Below are positions 45,430 through 58,016 of a stretch of 64,000 nucleotides of DNA, piece by piece. Under the pieces are notes generated by a model, which was given only the letters and a program-made list of their open reading frames with translations, had not been told where the DNA came from and made no database searches. The first letter of the stretch is position 1. Each line of letters starts with the position of its first letter. Both the position numbers and the translations under genes were made by a program. The DNA is from Octopus sinensis (Eukaryota), in the NCBI RefSeq assembly GCF_006345805.1, contig NC_043011.1:57176464-57240463 (forward strand). The letters run 5' to 3'.

Positions 45430-48415
45430 GATGGGTTCCTTTCAGTTGGGCCGAGACTACAGTAGAAGACATCTGGCCAAGGTACCATGTGGTATTGAAC
45501 CTGGAACCATGAGGTTGAGAAGCAAACTTTTTACTACACAGCCACGACTGCTCCTATATAAAAAATTGTGTTAAACCACTAAAATAATCCCCCACCTCCA
45601 CCACTCTTAGATTAAATCCAATTTCTGGGTCTACAGTAATCCCTCACCATATCACGGTTTCTTGTTTAAGCATACGTCAATTCTGTGGTGTTGATTTGCA
45701 TTTATAATAAAATAAATATATATATAAATTATAAAAAAATATACAGAGTGGCTAACTGGCTTCTGTGCCAGTGGCATGTAGGAGGCACCATTCGAGCGGG
45801 ATCATTACCAGCATCGCCTTACTGGCACCTGTGCCGTTGGCATGTGTAAAAAGTTTGAGCGAGGTCGTTGCCAGTACCGCCTGACTGGCCCTCGTGCCGG
45901 TGGCATGTAAAAGCACCCACTACACTCTCGGAGTGGTTGGCGTTAGGAAGGGCATCCAGCTGTAGAAACTCTGCCAGATCAAGACAGGAGCTTAAAGCAG
46001 CCATCTGGTTCGCCAGCCCTCAGTCAAACCGTCCAACCCATGGACAAAGCGGACATTAAATGACGATGATGATGATACATTACAATACTGTTTCTACTTC
46101 ATGGATTCTCACCTATCATGTAGGCGGGGTGGGGGTTTAGAACGTAACACCTGTGGTAGTCGAGGGATTACTGCATAGTAGTATTTGTAAAAAATATTAC
46201 CTGTTGGGATATTAAGACCAAGAATGTCCTCTTCTGACATCTTATCTAAATATTTCACCAAAGCACGCAAGCTGTTTCCGTGAGCAGCGACAATGGGTTT
46301 CTTTCCAGTCTGCAAAACGATAAATACAAATATTTTCAGAAAACCTTTTTAAAACAGAAGAAATTTTAAAGAAATATAGAGAATGCATTAAAATAGACTC
46401 CCTCCTCCGAAAACGAACTTCAGAAAGATTGCAAGCAATACCCCAAATTAGTGGTTTTCAACCTTTTAAATATCTGGGCCAGATCCAAATCTGGATTGGG
46501 GTGGGGGGCTGCACCAAAAAATGTAAAAGTCAATTAAAGAAAAACTTATTCAGAAAGAGAAGACAGCGGGAGACTGCTGGAAGGATGCTGGAAGGTTGCA
46601 TGTGTTCCTGGAAGCTGTGGTCTAAAACCGCTGCCCAACATTGTGTTATAAAATATTATTAATTTATACTTCACATTGTCGTGCAGTTACTGTCTATACC
46701 TCGTTCAGAGATTTATTATTGCTTGCATACACTTTTTCAAGATCAGTGACGAAAAGTTACTGGAAAAAAATGATATAAGTATTTGCATTGGGAACCTTTC
46801 CATCGAAAACCGGTGATTGCCGTGCGCTGATGACGGGTCAATACCCAGAAACTGCAGTCCGTGTGTATCACTTAGGTTGACGAGGGAAGGATGACCTCCC
46901 TTTGCAAATACCAATAGGGCACAGAAAGTGTGTCAATAGCCAGCTGGAGAAGATGTTCTCCTGGGGCTACAAGCTACAATAACATCCACCCTTAGTGGTT
47001 AGCCATATTGAGATGGCAAATATACTTCACATTGTCATGCAGTTACTGTCTATACCTCGTTCAGAGATTTATTATTAATTTATACTTTACATTGTTTATA
47101 GCCTTAGGTCTGGTCTGATGGAGATAATCTCCGATTAAAAACATTCCAGCTGTGATCAACTTTTTTCTTCTTTTTTTAAATTTCAGATATTATATTTATT
47201 CAACCAGTGTAAGTATCGAATGATGCCCGGGCAAGGAGACACCAGCACTGCCAACACCCACATCTATCTAAAAGGCCTCTTTCAGTGTCTGCTCACCAGA
47301 TCCTCTCTCCCAATGATTTGATTGGGTTTGAGGCTAGAATTGAAGAAACTTGCCCAAGGTGCCACATAATGGGACTGAACCTGAAGGTCTATGGGTGTGA
47401 AGCAACTTTCTTAACCCCACAGCCATGCTTCTGCAGGTAATGGTTGTATATGTAAAAATCCTCCTTCCCAACCATGACATTGTGGGTTCAGTCCCACTAC
47501 AAGGCACCTTAGGCAAGTGTCTTCTGCTACAGCCCCACGGTGATCAGTACTCTGTGGGTGCATGTGTACCATCAAATGATGGCTGTAAACAAACATCACT
47601 GTTGTGTAAGTGGTGCTGTTTCCAGTCTTCAATGGAAACCATGTCTGGCCATGGGGAAATATTACTTTGTGTGAAAACAGGTGAGGCTTGGTGACTGGAA
47701 GGGCATCCAGCCATAGAAAATCTGCCTCAATAAATTCTGTCTGACAAATGCAGGGATGGAAAAGCAATTGTTAAATGATGTTGACAATGATGATTGTATT
47801 AACCCAAGATGTCCTTCCTGTTTCTTGTTTCTTTTAGGAGGGCTGGGTGCAATATGAGGGAGACATGACTCCCGTTTCTAAGAAGTTGAGTGGTCACGTG
47901 TCTGTTCCCACAAATGGGGAAAAACTGGTAATCTAAGAATATCATTTAAACCATCTTGAGGTAATTAGTTCTAAGCTATTTAATATGTATTAGTTACCCA
48001 AATCTTGATCCGGGTTGGTTACTAGGCAGGAGGTGGGGGTGTGTGTGATTTGTTTTATGAAACCTGTTGAGCAACTTCTCAGTGGCTGATGTCACAGTGT
48101 ATGGCCTCATACGGGACCTAGGAAGAGTCTGGTATAATTATTTTAGATCTACAAACTTTAGGCTATTTCTGTACATGGCCATGTGGTTAAGAAGCTTGCG
48201 TTGCAACCACATGGTTTTCGGTTCAGTCCACCTGTGTGGCACTTGAAGTCACTTCTATTGCTTTTTTAATGGTTTTACGGGGTGACTGGGGAAATGCAAA
48301 GATGTGCACGACCACCCTTGGATGGTTTTCAATGACCATAGAAAGTGCAAGCCCTCTAACTGAAAAATTGTGGATTTGTATAAAGGACACACACACACAG
48401 ACAGACATTTTGCCG

Positions 48416-48448
<33 letters not shown>

Positions 48449-51400
48449 CCTGTTGTTAGCCGTGTGTAAGTCACATGCCATATTTTGCATGGAAAAGTTA
48501 TCTTTTGCTTGTTTCAGTCATTAGATCACGGTCATGCTGGGGCACTGCCTTGAAGGGTTTAATTGAACAAATATTTCCAGTGTGTCCATATTGAAAAATC
48601 TTGCTGCTTTCTTTGCTCCTGTCTCAGTTTTTTCTGTTGCAGACTGATTCCATTTCTCAACAAGAAATAGCAGGGTCATCCTATTGGAGGCTTTAAATGA
48701 TGGGACAGGAGACATCTTGGTAGCTTCCAATGTCAGAGGTGGCAGCAAAGTTGAAAGAGGCTGACCTTTTGCTCAGTCAAACATTTCTTTCTCCATCTTA
48801 AGATACTGATTCTGCCACTTTCTTAATGTTTCTCTTCTCTCTCTCTGTGTCACCATCTAGTTATATGTATGTCTCTGCCTTATTCTATCTGTATACGTAC
48901 ATTTCTGCATGTGTGGGTGTGCCCAGTGCCAAAACAGGTCCACTGTCCCATCAGCGGAACCAAATCTGCATCTAAACTGTCGCACACAAATGTCCCATTC
49001 CGTTTATTGCCTTTGGCATTATCAGTAAGATTCCTTCCCGTTTTCTCATTTTCTCTCTCATACTGAAAATTCCCTCTTAGCATCTCTCTTACCATTAATG
49101 TCAGCAAATCCCGTAAAGTTTCAATGCAATGCATCAGTAATGACCTTCACAACATAATCTGACATTTTACAGTTTGACAGACAACTTTAATAAAACTTTT
49201 CCATTTTCTTTCCTGACCTTCACTCATGAGTTTCCTAATTTCCCTACACCCGTTTCCTTCAGATTCTGCTGTCACTACCCCACCACCTTCACCACCATGT
49301 TTTAACTCATCTCCAGCCTCTCCCCCCACCTCTACACTCTATCACTCAAACATGTTTACAGACAAGTGGCAAGATCAACCACATGACCTACAACAACCTT
49401 TGCTGGCTCAGGTTTCACATATTATAAAAGCACAAGGTAATTTATTCAAGATGGTGCCCCTGTACAATATTCATTTGCATTTCTAATTACTGGCTGATTG
49501 TGATAAGGAAACAACACTCCCCCTCGCCCTCATTGATAAAGGTTTTTATTGAAGTTGTGCACCAGAAAGCGTGATTTACACAGGGGAGGAGTAAATGTGG
49601 TTTGTGTCCCTGAAGCTATCTATGTGGCTGTGTGGTAAGAAGTTTGCTTCCCAACCACATGGTTCCGGGTTCAGTCCTACTGCGTGGCACCTTGTGCAAG
49701 TGTCTTCTATAGACTTAGGCTGATGCAAATCTTGTGAATGGGTTTGGTAGACAGGAACTGAAAGAAGCCTGTTGTATATATCTAGGTATGTGTCTGTGTT
49801 TGTCCCGTCCCCTGCAACCATTGCTTGACAACTAAATTTTGGTGTGTTTATGGCCCATAGCTTAGCAGCTTGGCAAAAGAGACCGACAAAATAAGTACCA
49901 GGATTAATACAAGTACTGGGGTCAATTCATTCGGCTAAAAATTCTTCAAAGCAGTGCCCCAGCATGGCCACAGTCTAATGACTGAAACAAGTAAAAAAAT
50001 AAAAGAATTCCATATATCTCTATCTAGAATGTGGAGTCTTAGTTCACGGGTGATCCAAACGAATAGGTATGCTGAGTAAGGACTGTTACGGATTATCAGG
50101 GTTCCAAGCTCGTAACTTGAGACGGGAGCTATGGATCCATTTTAGGTTTCCGATTTAGCAGGTATATATTTGTGAAAGAGGACAACAAATATATCTATCC
50201 ACACACACACTACTGTCCCTATTATCAAGATTAAATATCCCCAAAACTGCCCCTGTTTAGTACAACCAAAAACAACAAATGGCTAAACCGATGGGGTTAG
50301 TCAAACAAACAAAACAGATCCTTACCCTTAGTGCTGGTACGATGACATCATGCCAGAAAGGCAGAGCTCTTGCAACTGTATCTTCAAGACATTCACGTTT
50401 AGGAACGAGCTTTTTATCGAGAAGCTAAAAAGGGAAAAATAATTTACATGTATATTCGTGTAGTTTCTGTCAGCATTTGAGTATAAATCAGTGACTTTTA
50501 TTGCTCTTACAAGGAAAGAATGACGAGTAGGCGAAATGAGATAACTTTAGTTGTTAATACAATGAAATAGGTTGTTACTTACGGCATAAGCAGGTTGGTT
50601 ACTAGCACAACGAGGGTCACCGTCTTCAAGACTTGGAGGTGGGATGTTGTAAGATCGTCTCCAGATCTGAAAATTTAAAAATACGAAATGTTTCAACAAC
50701 ATTTTATGTGAAAAAAAAAAAAAAAAGAGGAAAAGAACGATATAAACAATTAACCCTTTCATGACCCCACATTTGCCATCAAATAAATCACTTATTTGTT
50801 TCATTTAATTTTGAATATTGAGAATTTCAAGGAAACTATGATTCAGGTGAGAGGTGGCTGTGTGGTTAACGAGTTTGCTTCTAAACCCCAGGGTTTTGGG
50901 TTCAGTTCTATTGTACTGCACCAAATGCCTTCCATTATAGCCAAAGTCTTGTGACTGGATTTCATAGGCAGAAACAGAAAGAAGCCTGTCCTATATATAT
51001 ATATGTGTGTGTGTGTGTCCCACTTGTCTTGACGTCCTGCGACTGGTACAAATGAATGATGTTCATTTCCAGTGTTATATTTTGCAAAGACATGTCTGAC
51101 CAACGGTGAAATTTTACCTTGCTGGAAAACCAGTGTGGATTGGTGATAGGAAGGCATCCGACCCATGCAAGCATGGAAATGTGGATGTTAAAATGATGAC
51201 AATGATGAATTATTATGTTTTAATTTAACACTTTAAAATGTGACTTGTAGACCCAGAGGCAATTTCGAGAGGGTGTTTTGGATGTATTTCAATATTCTAT
51301 TTCTTTAAAAACACAAAATCAAAAGTTGAGCTGGTAACCACAATGGAACACTTCCCTGACATCTGTGATGGCAATGCTGCAGCCCAAAGGTATTCTACTG

Positions 51401-54385
51401 TGATTCTGAAAAAAGGCCACCCTCCTGATTAGCCTGAAGTCATTCACCAATACAACTGCCGACCCACAGAATTGTTGTGTCTTCTCTCTAAGCTTTTCTC
51501 CTATAATTACTGTGGTCACCACTCCTCAGAGTTGTCTAGTCTCATGGTACCTCCACCCCACCCAGGCACTTCCAACTGACTCATCTTCTCTCACCCCTTC
51601 AGACCCTCACAACATTAACCATGATGTCCATTCTTTCCCTGCAGCTGTCAGTTTGCTTCCCAGAAAACATTTAGCCAACTCCATCTTCCTGGTCTTGGAG
51701 GGTCTGCAAACACCAGGAACACAGCCCAAACTTGGAGGAAAACAAAAAAAAATCAACAAAGATCAATTAATCAATCACAATTATAAATAACTCTTCAATA
51801 TTTTAATTCAGTCTACTTACTTTCACTTGGTCTTCACCATACTTTTTGGCAGTCTCTGCCTTATTAAGACCCTGCAAGGCGCCGTAATGTCTTTCATTCA
51901 ATCGCCAGTGTTTGGTTACAGGGATCCAGTGGAGATCAAGTTCCTCTTGGATTAAAAATAATGTTTTGATAGCCCTCTTCAATACACTTGTGTAAGCAGT
52001 ATCAAATGTGAAACCCTTTTCTTTCAGCATCTAAATTTAATAGAAAAAAAAAAGGATTATTTTATCATAAAATGAAAAAAAATGTATCTGTTTGCCAATC
52101 TTCTTTAAAATGATTCACGCATTTAAATTTACAGAACTGACTAACAAATCCACGGATTAAAAGAAGACGAAGCAAACAAAATCAGGCATGGCTGAATGGT
52201 TAAAAAGCTTGCTTTGCAGTCATGTGGTTTTGGGTTCAGTTCCTCTCTGTGACATCTTGGTTGAGTGTCTTCCACTATAGCCTTAGACTGACCAATGCTT
52301 TCTGAGTAACCTTGGTTGATGGAGACTACAGCTAAGACATGTGTGTGTGTGTGTGTGTGCTTGTTGTCACTCCCACTGCTTGACAAACAGTGTTGGTTTG
52401 TTTCAATCCCCTAACTTAGTGGTTCAGCAAAAGAGACTAATAGAATAAGTCAATTTGTTCAATTAATGCCCATCAAGGCCCACAGCCCAATGACAAAAGC
52501 AAGATAAAAGATAAGCCATATTAAGATTGAAAGGATGATAAGAAATGAGATTGCATAAAGAGGCAATGAACTGGCTGTTACTGCATCAGACAGAATGCTT
52601 AGAAGAATCCGTTCCAGATGTCTGCCATCAAATCTCTGGGATCAGCTCTCTCTCGGAATCGGTGAGGTTATACTGTGAGAAGTGGGTGCACTCAGCATCC
52701 CTTTCTGCAGAAATGGGGATGGGATTAACAAGGAGTTAGCAACCATGTCTCACAGAAAAACTGAGCAATCTGCTGGAACCATTTCAGGTGTGCAGTCGAG
52801 AATAGAAACAGAAAAGGAGAAGAATGGCTCAAGCGATAAAAGAGACGATGGAAGACTATTCTGTAGATGGGATCAGCCAATGTCATTCATCTTCATCAAT
52901 ATTTTAACATCCACTTTCCCATGCTTGCATAGGTCAGATTGAATTTGTTGAGACAGGTTTGCTATGGCCAAATACCCTTCCTGTCTCAGACCTGTGCCTG
53001 TTTCCAAGCAAGAAAATATTTTCCCATAGCCAGACATTTTTCACACAAGACTGGAAATGAACAACACATTCGTTTACAATCATCACAGAATGTCACAAAA
53101 AGGGTATATACAGACATGCGCAAGAAGCTTCTTTCAGTTTCTATCTACCAAATACATTTACAAGGTGTTGGTTGGCTTGGAGCTATAGGAGAGGGCATTT
53201 GCCATGCAGTGGGACTGAACTCAAGACCTCATGGTTGGGAAGGAAGCTTCTCAACCGCACAGCCACATGTACCTCTCACACACACAAAGGACACCAGTTT
53301 TAAAGGGTCAAAGGTGCCGGCTACACCCTGTGTTCAAGGACTTCTCAAACTGGCAAAGGTCAATGATTTACAGGAGAGACATTACAGCTAAATGAATCAA
53401 CTCCTAGTCCATAATTGGTACTTTTATATTGACTGGTCTCTATTTAAATGCAGTCTCATGGGATGTTCTTTAAGCTACTAATTAATCCTGATCAATTAGA
53501 TCTATGATTACAACATTCCAGCTGTGATCAGCCTGTCTTTTTCTTAGGTGTAATGAACAAAAGCTCAAAAAATATTCAAGCGGTTCATCTTTTTTAAGAC
53601 AACAGAATGGGATTTAAAGGAGATTCGGTTGCTATTTCTAGATGCCAAAGTGACTGCATAGAGGCTCTCATTATCATTTAAGGCAGAAGGAGCATTTTTC
53701 AAGAGGTGGGCCACAGTGAGCCATGGCTCATCACCAGGTAGATCACTCAACTAAAGAAATTCAATGTAATTTTTTTTTTTTCGGTAGGTAACCCATTTAG
53801 AAAGTCTCATGGCCTGCAGTTGGCCCATGATTACTGTATAGTATTTTATTTGCCAAATCTAAAATGAAATCGTTACAAGGCCACAAATTTCTGAGGAGGG
53901 CGGTCGAGTAGCTTACTGGTTCTTCCTTCTTTGACACCAGAAGAAAGAAAAGTAAATTCAACGTTGATGGAATTTGAAAGTAAACGTAAAAATAACACAG
54001 TCGTATATGCATGCGTCGTTATCCCTACCAGAGCTAGATAACCGGTTTTAGTTGGTTTACGCCCCAGTAACTTAGCAACCGAGCAAAAGAGAGCGATAGG
54101 ACAAGCAACAGACAAAAATAATGGATTCGGTGCTTCAGCATGGCCGCAGTCCAATGACTGAAACAAATAATATAGGCACACGACACGACGAGGTCAAGAT
54201 AGGGTTGATTAAATCCACGTTGTTATTTGACTGACTGGTATTTTTAACGAAGAAAGGATAAAAACTGAAGTCAGCTTCAAAGAGCTTTTTAAACTGGGAA
54301 CAATTTGGAATTTATACGTAATAGAGAAAGATATTGGATTGTTTTATTCAACTTTATTACGAGATAGATAGATAGATAGATAGCG

Positions 54386-54417
<32 letters not shown>

Positions 54418-57386
54418 AGGGAGAGCTTATAGTCAATGCCAATATTTTGACGGCACAAAGCGTCGTCGTGATCGCAATCACGTAGTTACTTTACATACAC
54501 AGATAACTTACTGGCCAACGAATGAACCTCTATGTGATCATCCGGACTGCTAAAAATAACGGCCTAATCTTCCCAAAATCATAATACATTAGAAAGACTA
54601 CATGAGAAAATAGAAATACATGAGCACCACGGTCAAGAAGACTTTTGGTCAGGTCCACCAAAACCAGTCTGATCGATTACGCTACAATAACCCAATGAAA
54701 TATGCGCTAAGAATATAATTTACAAATAACAAAAAATAGGTGATAATGATAAAATTGACTCCACTGCCTCCATTATACTCTCTTCCCCACCTTAAAAATG
54801 TTTAAGGTTACGCAAAATCTTTAAAAAAATCCCGCATTACAGCAAGTGATGTCGAGGCTGAGACTGAGGACCAGCCAAGCACCCGCCCTCACGAGCATCA
54901 CCTGATATTTTGGTAAGGCAAGACGCCGATGGCGAAAACTTCGTAGTGAGCGGCCCCCACAATCGACACTGAATAAAATGTTTAAAAATGTATTTCAACA
55001 TTTTATTCTGTTCGACTTCGGATGCAGTAATTGCCCCGTTTGAGGACTCTATCTTTGGTCAGCCTCTTGTCCAAGGTCAGGAGTAAGACGACAGAGGCCC
55101 TCCTCATCGTCCCTGGACAATTTACCATGGTTTCCGAACCAAAGAAATATTCAATGATGTAATGAATAACAGTAAAAATACATCGGATGCCGTATCGGTC
55201 GACGGTTATCCCGCAGTCACGAAAGGCTAGAAATAACAAGGGTTTTAAATGCTGGCTCAAGGCCAGGCCATTCGTGGAGCCGGTGGGGAGTTAGAAAGTT
55301 ACAGCGACCTCAGGGCTCAGCTGGTAATTATTTTATCGACCCCCAAAGGATAAAAGACAAATTTGACTTTGTCGGAGTTTGAATTTGGAACGTAAAGAAT
55401 CAGAAGAAATGCTTTTGAGCATTTTGTCCGACGCACCAACGATTCTGCCAGTTTACCATTAAGTTGAGAAATAAACCAGTCATTGTTTCCGATTTAGGAA
55501 ACAAGGCCAACAGTTTTGAAGGGAGAAGGTAAGGCGATGCCATCGACCCCGTACTTGACTGGTACTTATTTTATCGGCCCCAGAGGGATGTAAGGCGAAG
55601 TAGACCTCGGCGGGATTTGAACTCAGACAATAAAGAGCCCGAAATAGAACTAAGTATTTTTCTGGTGCTTGTAAAGCTACTTCCAAATAAATTTATTATT
55701 ATTATTAATAATAATTTGTTAGATAGGCACAAGGCCAGAAATAATAATAATAATAGTAATAATAATAAAGTAATAATAATAATAAAGTAATACTAATAAA
55801 GTAATAATAATAATAATGGTAACAGTCGGCACACATACGTAAAGTACAATATTTGAAACCGTTTCACCTTGATTGGCAACCTTGACAAACATCCTTGACC
55901 TACATACCACAGGCAACAAAAGTGACAGTTACGTTGAAACCATTTAAACACACCCTAGCTTTTTGTAAAAAAAGAGTTGTTATAAAATAAAATTATTCTT
56001 GGTGAAAAAGACCAAAAAAAAAAACAATAAATGCTCAGAATATTTTCTATTTATTTTACCAATTTCACAAACCATTTATAACGACAGCACTTCACATATA
56101 CATATATATATTATATATATATACATCCGTTTATTTGAGGTCCTTATAACTGCTTTCATGTAAGATGCTTTATAGGAATATACTTAGAGTTTAAAGTACA
56201 CCATTCGTTTATATCAAGCACCATCACAAGACTTCTGAAAATAACATATATCAGGTGTGTGTGTGTGTTTAATTAATAAACAAGCCACAGAAACAATTGT
56301 TGTGTGGCCCCTAAATTAACCTTGACCCACAAGACCGCTGCATCACGACATAACCGTAGTTTCTAAAATAATTTAGGATTTTTGCACAGCCAGTAATTAC
56401 ATACACCAAAGCGTTATTCTTCCCGTGTTAAGACGACTGTGTTGCAATTTGAGGGGCATTTAGCTGCTATTTAAGCCATGTCGAGCGACGCGATTGCGTC
56501 GTTGTTCTTCTGTCTTCGAATCTTCATTCCTCAAAGACGCAGCAGATGTCATCCTGTCTCGTCTCTTGGATTTCTAGCAAACAGCAAACCTTATAAGGCC
56601 ATGGCGCTGCTCTTTTATATATATTTCTCTTCTATCACTCTATCAAACCCAGAAGCAAATCCCATTAATTAACTAATAATTATAACAATCACAATAATTA
56701 AATAGCGATTTCTTTGTGTATGTGCATATAATATATATTATATATATTATAAAGCTCTTCTTAGCTATATATACACAGACATACATTAATATACACACAG
56801 CTGTATCCCCATTTTCAATTGTTATTTAACCCCAGGTCAACCCACACCGACCAGACTTATTTCAAAGGCATTAAACCGAGATTATCCCAGCTTTTATTTA
56901 ACGCAATAAACTTCACTTCAGTTAAATTGATTGATACAATGTGACTGAGGGAGATTTAGCTGCTATTTCTAACAATTCGTGCAGTTATGTAGTAGAAGGG
57001 TTTCCATACACTTTTTTGTCTTCTGTCTGTAATAAAATTGCAAATTGAATATTAAACAATCCACATCTTGGAAGACCAAAAAAGGTTTTGGACATTGAAC
57101 TTTGACATTTAGTCCTCTCCCTATACTTAAATAAACAATGGTTTAGGGTTACTGGTTTCACCGTAGAACTATATCCTTGCGTGCGTGTATATGTATATAT
57201 ATATATATATAAATGGTGATTTACTGTAATGAGATGTATAAATATGTGTATATATACCTTTCCAGCACTTTTAGCTTCATTGACGCCGGTTTCTGAGAGA
57301 TCAGCATCAAACCAGCCACAGAAAAGATTTTTCTGATTCCATTCGCTTTCACCGTGCCTCACAAAAACAATTGTATAAGCTGCCAT
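43677..57386 (-). CDS. PGAM: 2,3-bisphosphoglycerate-dependent phosphoglycerate mutase (dPGM), complete, 6 exons, 250 aa
   Basis: Minus-strand exons 57386-57258, 52030-51821, 50666-50583, 50424-50326, 46309-46201, 43798-43677 (753 nt, TAA stop), all GT-AG. Motifs: [48 protein letters not shown]. Confidence 0.97.
44524..44812 (-). mobile_element. family C repeat
   Basis: Diagnostic motifs. Confidence 0.78.
45634..46173. mobile_element. pogo/Tigger-type MITE (TA target), interrupted
   Basis: TIR CAGTAATCCCTC / GAGGGATTACTG, TA on the left; second truncated copy from 62053. Confidence 0.7.
45746..46076 (+). mobile_element. family C repeat nested in a TA-MITE
   Basis: Interrupts 45634-46173. 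Confidence 0.8.
46201..46309 (-). CDS. PGAM: PGAM exon 5 [22 protein letters not shown]...LNIPT
   Basis: tgcag / gtaata. Confidence 0.96.
46665..47095 (+). mobile_element. hammerhead-containing ~356-nt monomer bounded by 56-nt direct repeats (retrozyme/Penelope-like)
   Basis: 46665-46720 equals 47021-47076 with one CpG-type mismatch; hammerhead inside. Confidence 0.55.
46813..46871 (+). ncRNA. minimal type I hammerhead ribozyme motif, intact core
   Basis: CTGATGA 46827-46833; stem II GGGT/ACCC; GAAA 46848-46851; C-TGCA-G; GTC triplet ending 46859; stem I GTGCG/CGTGT plus GTGAT/ATCAC. Confidence 0.75.
47423..47795 (+). mobile_element. family D SINE
   Basis: As above. Confidence 0.7.
49624..50005 (+). 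mobile_element. family A CORE-type SINE
   Basis: Same head/CORE/tail. Confidence 0.75.
50326..50424 (-). CDS. PGAM: PGAM exon 4 [33 protein letters not shown]
   Basis: tttag / gtaagg. Confidence 0.95.
50583..50666 (-). CDS. PGAM: PGAM exon 3 [28 protein letters not shown]
   Basis: ttcag / gtaagt. Confidence 0.95.
51821..52030 (-). CDS. PGAM: PGAM exon 2 [10 protein letters not shown]...GEDQVK
   Basis: tttag / gtaagt, 70 codons. Confidence 0.96.
57258..57386 (-). CDS. PGAM: PGAM exon 1 [17 protein letters not shown]...AKSAGK
   Basis: ATG at 57386; catalytic RHG; donor gtatat. Confidence 0.96.
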
Positions 57387-57659
57387 CTCGTCGTTTTTAT
57401 GTTTGGAAATGTGCTAGAACCGATCAAAACCCTGCAGAAGAGAGACAACAACCACGGGTTCGATGCTGACCTTCAAGTAAGAGCTGCTGTGTCCTTGACA
57501 ATATAAATACTAGACGGAAATTGCCGGGTTGTGCCGAACCGCTCGGTAAATGTCGGTAGAAACCGTCAATACGTAAATTGCCGAGTCCAACCGAATCGTT
57601 GTCCATGTCATTCTATCATGGCCGTCGTTTTCTAAGTTGGACCCGAAACCGACCCCGAA
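57387..57659. promoter_or_regulatory. bidirectional CpG-rich promoter shared by PGAM (-) and ACTR10 (+)
   Basis: 273 nt between divergent ATGs; about 20 CpG by hand count in a CpG-poor window; TATAAA at 57502-57507. Confidence 0.8.
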
Positions 57660-57724
57660 ATGCCGTTATACGAGGCCTCTGTGTTCCCTGCTGTTATTTT
57701 TGACATCGGAACTGCATACACAAA
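57660..57724 (+). CDS. ACTR10: ACTR10 exon 1 [22 protein letters not shown]
   Basis: ATG 57660; gtaagt donor, phase 2. Confidence 0.92.
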
Positions 57725-57985
57725 GTAAGTTACAATATACTAGAAGTCCTTACCAACAAATCGTTTCCCTAATTCATTAAATCTCCACTTAAATCAGCTG
57801 CAAACGTTGATGGTAACGAAGTTAGCAATTTCCATTTTTGCGATTTTTCTATAAATATGAATCATTTCTAAACATCCGCTGCCATTCAAATACATTTTAT
57901 TAAGTGTATCATAACTATAATTATATACTACAACTATCTGCATATGAGAATATATTTGTTAAATTTATGTTTAAAATTGCTTGGG

Positions 57986-58016
<31 letters not shown>

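Noticed and set aside
48880-49134. 84-aa minus-strand ORF in PGAM intron 4
   Set aside because: No recognisable domain and no convincing splice-site pair.
54846-54905. Possible C/D box snoRNA (GTGATGT..CTGA)
   Set aside because: Imperfect C box, no terminal stem, antisense to the host intron, no recognisable guide.
57432-57755. Putative upstream non-coding PGAM exon (acceptor 57432, donor 57753)
   Set aside because: It would overlap ACTR10 exon 1 antisense; the pyrimidine run may simply be initiator/UTR sequence. Unsupported without transcripts.
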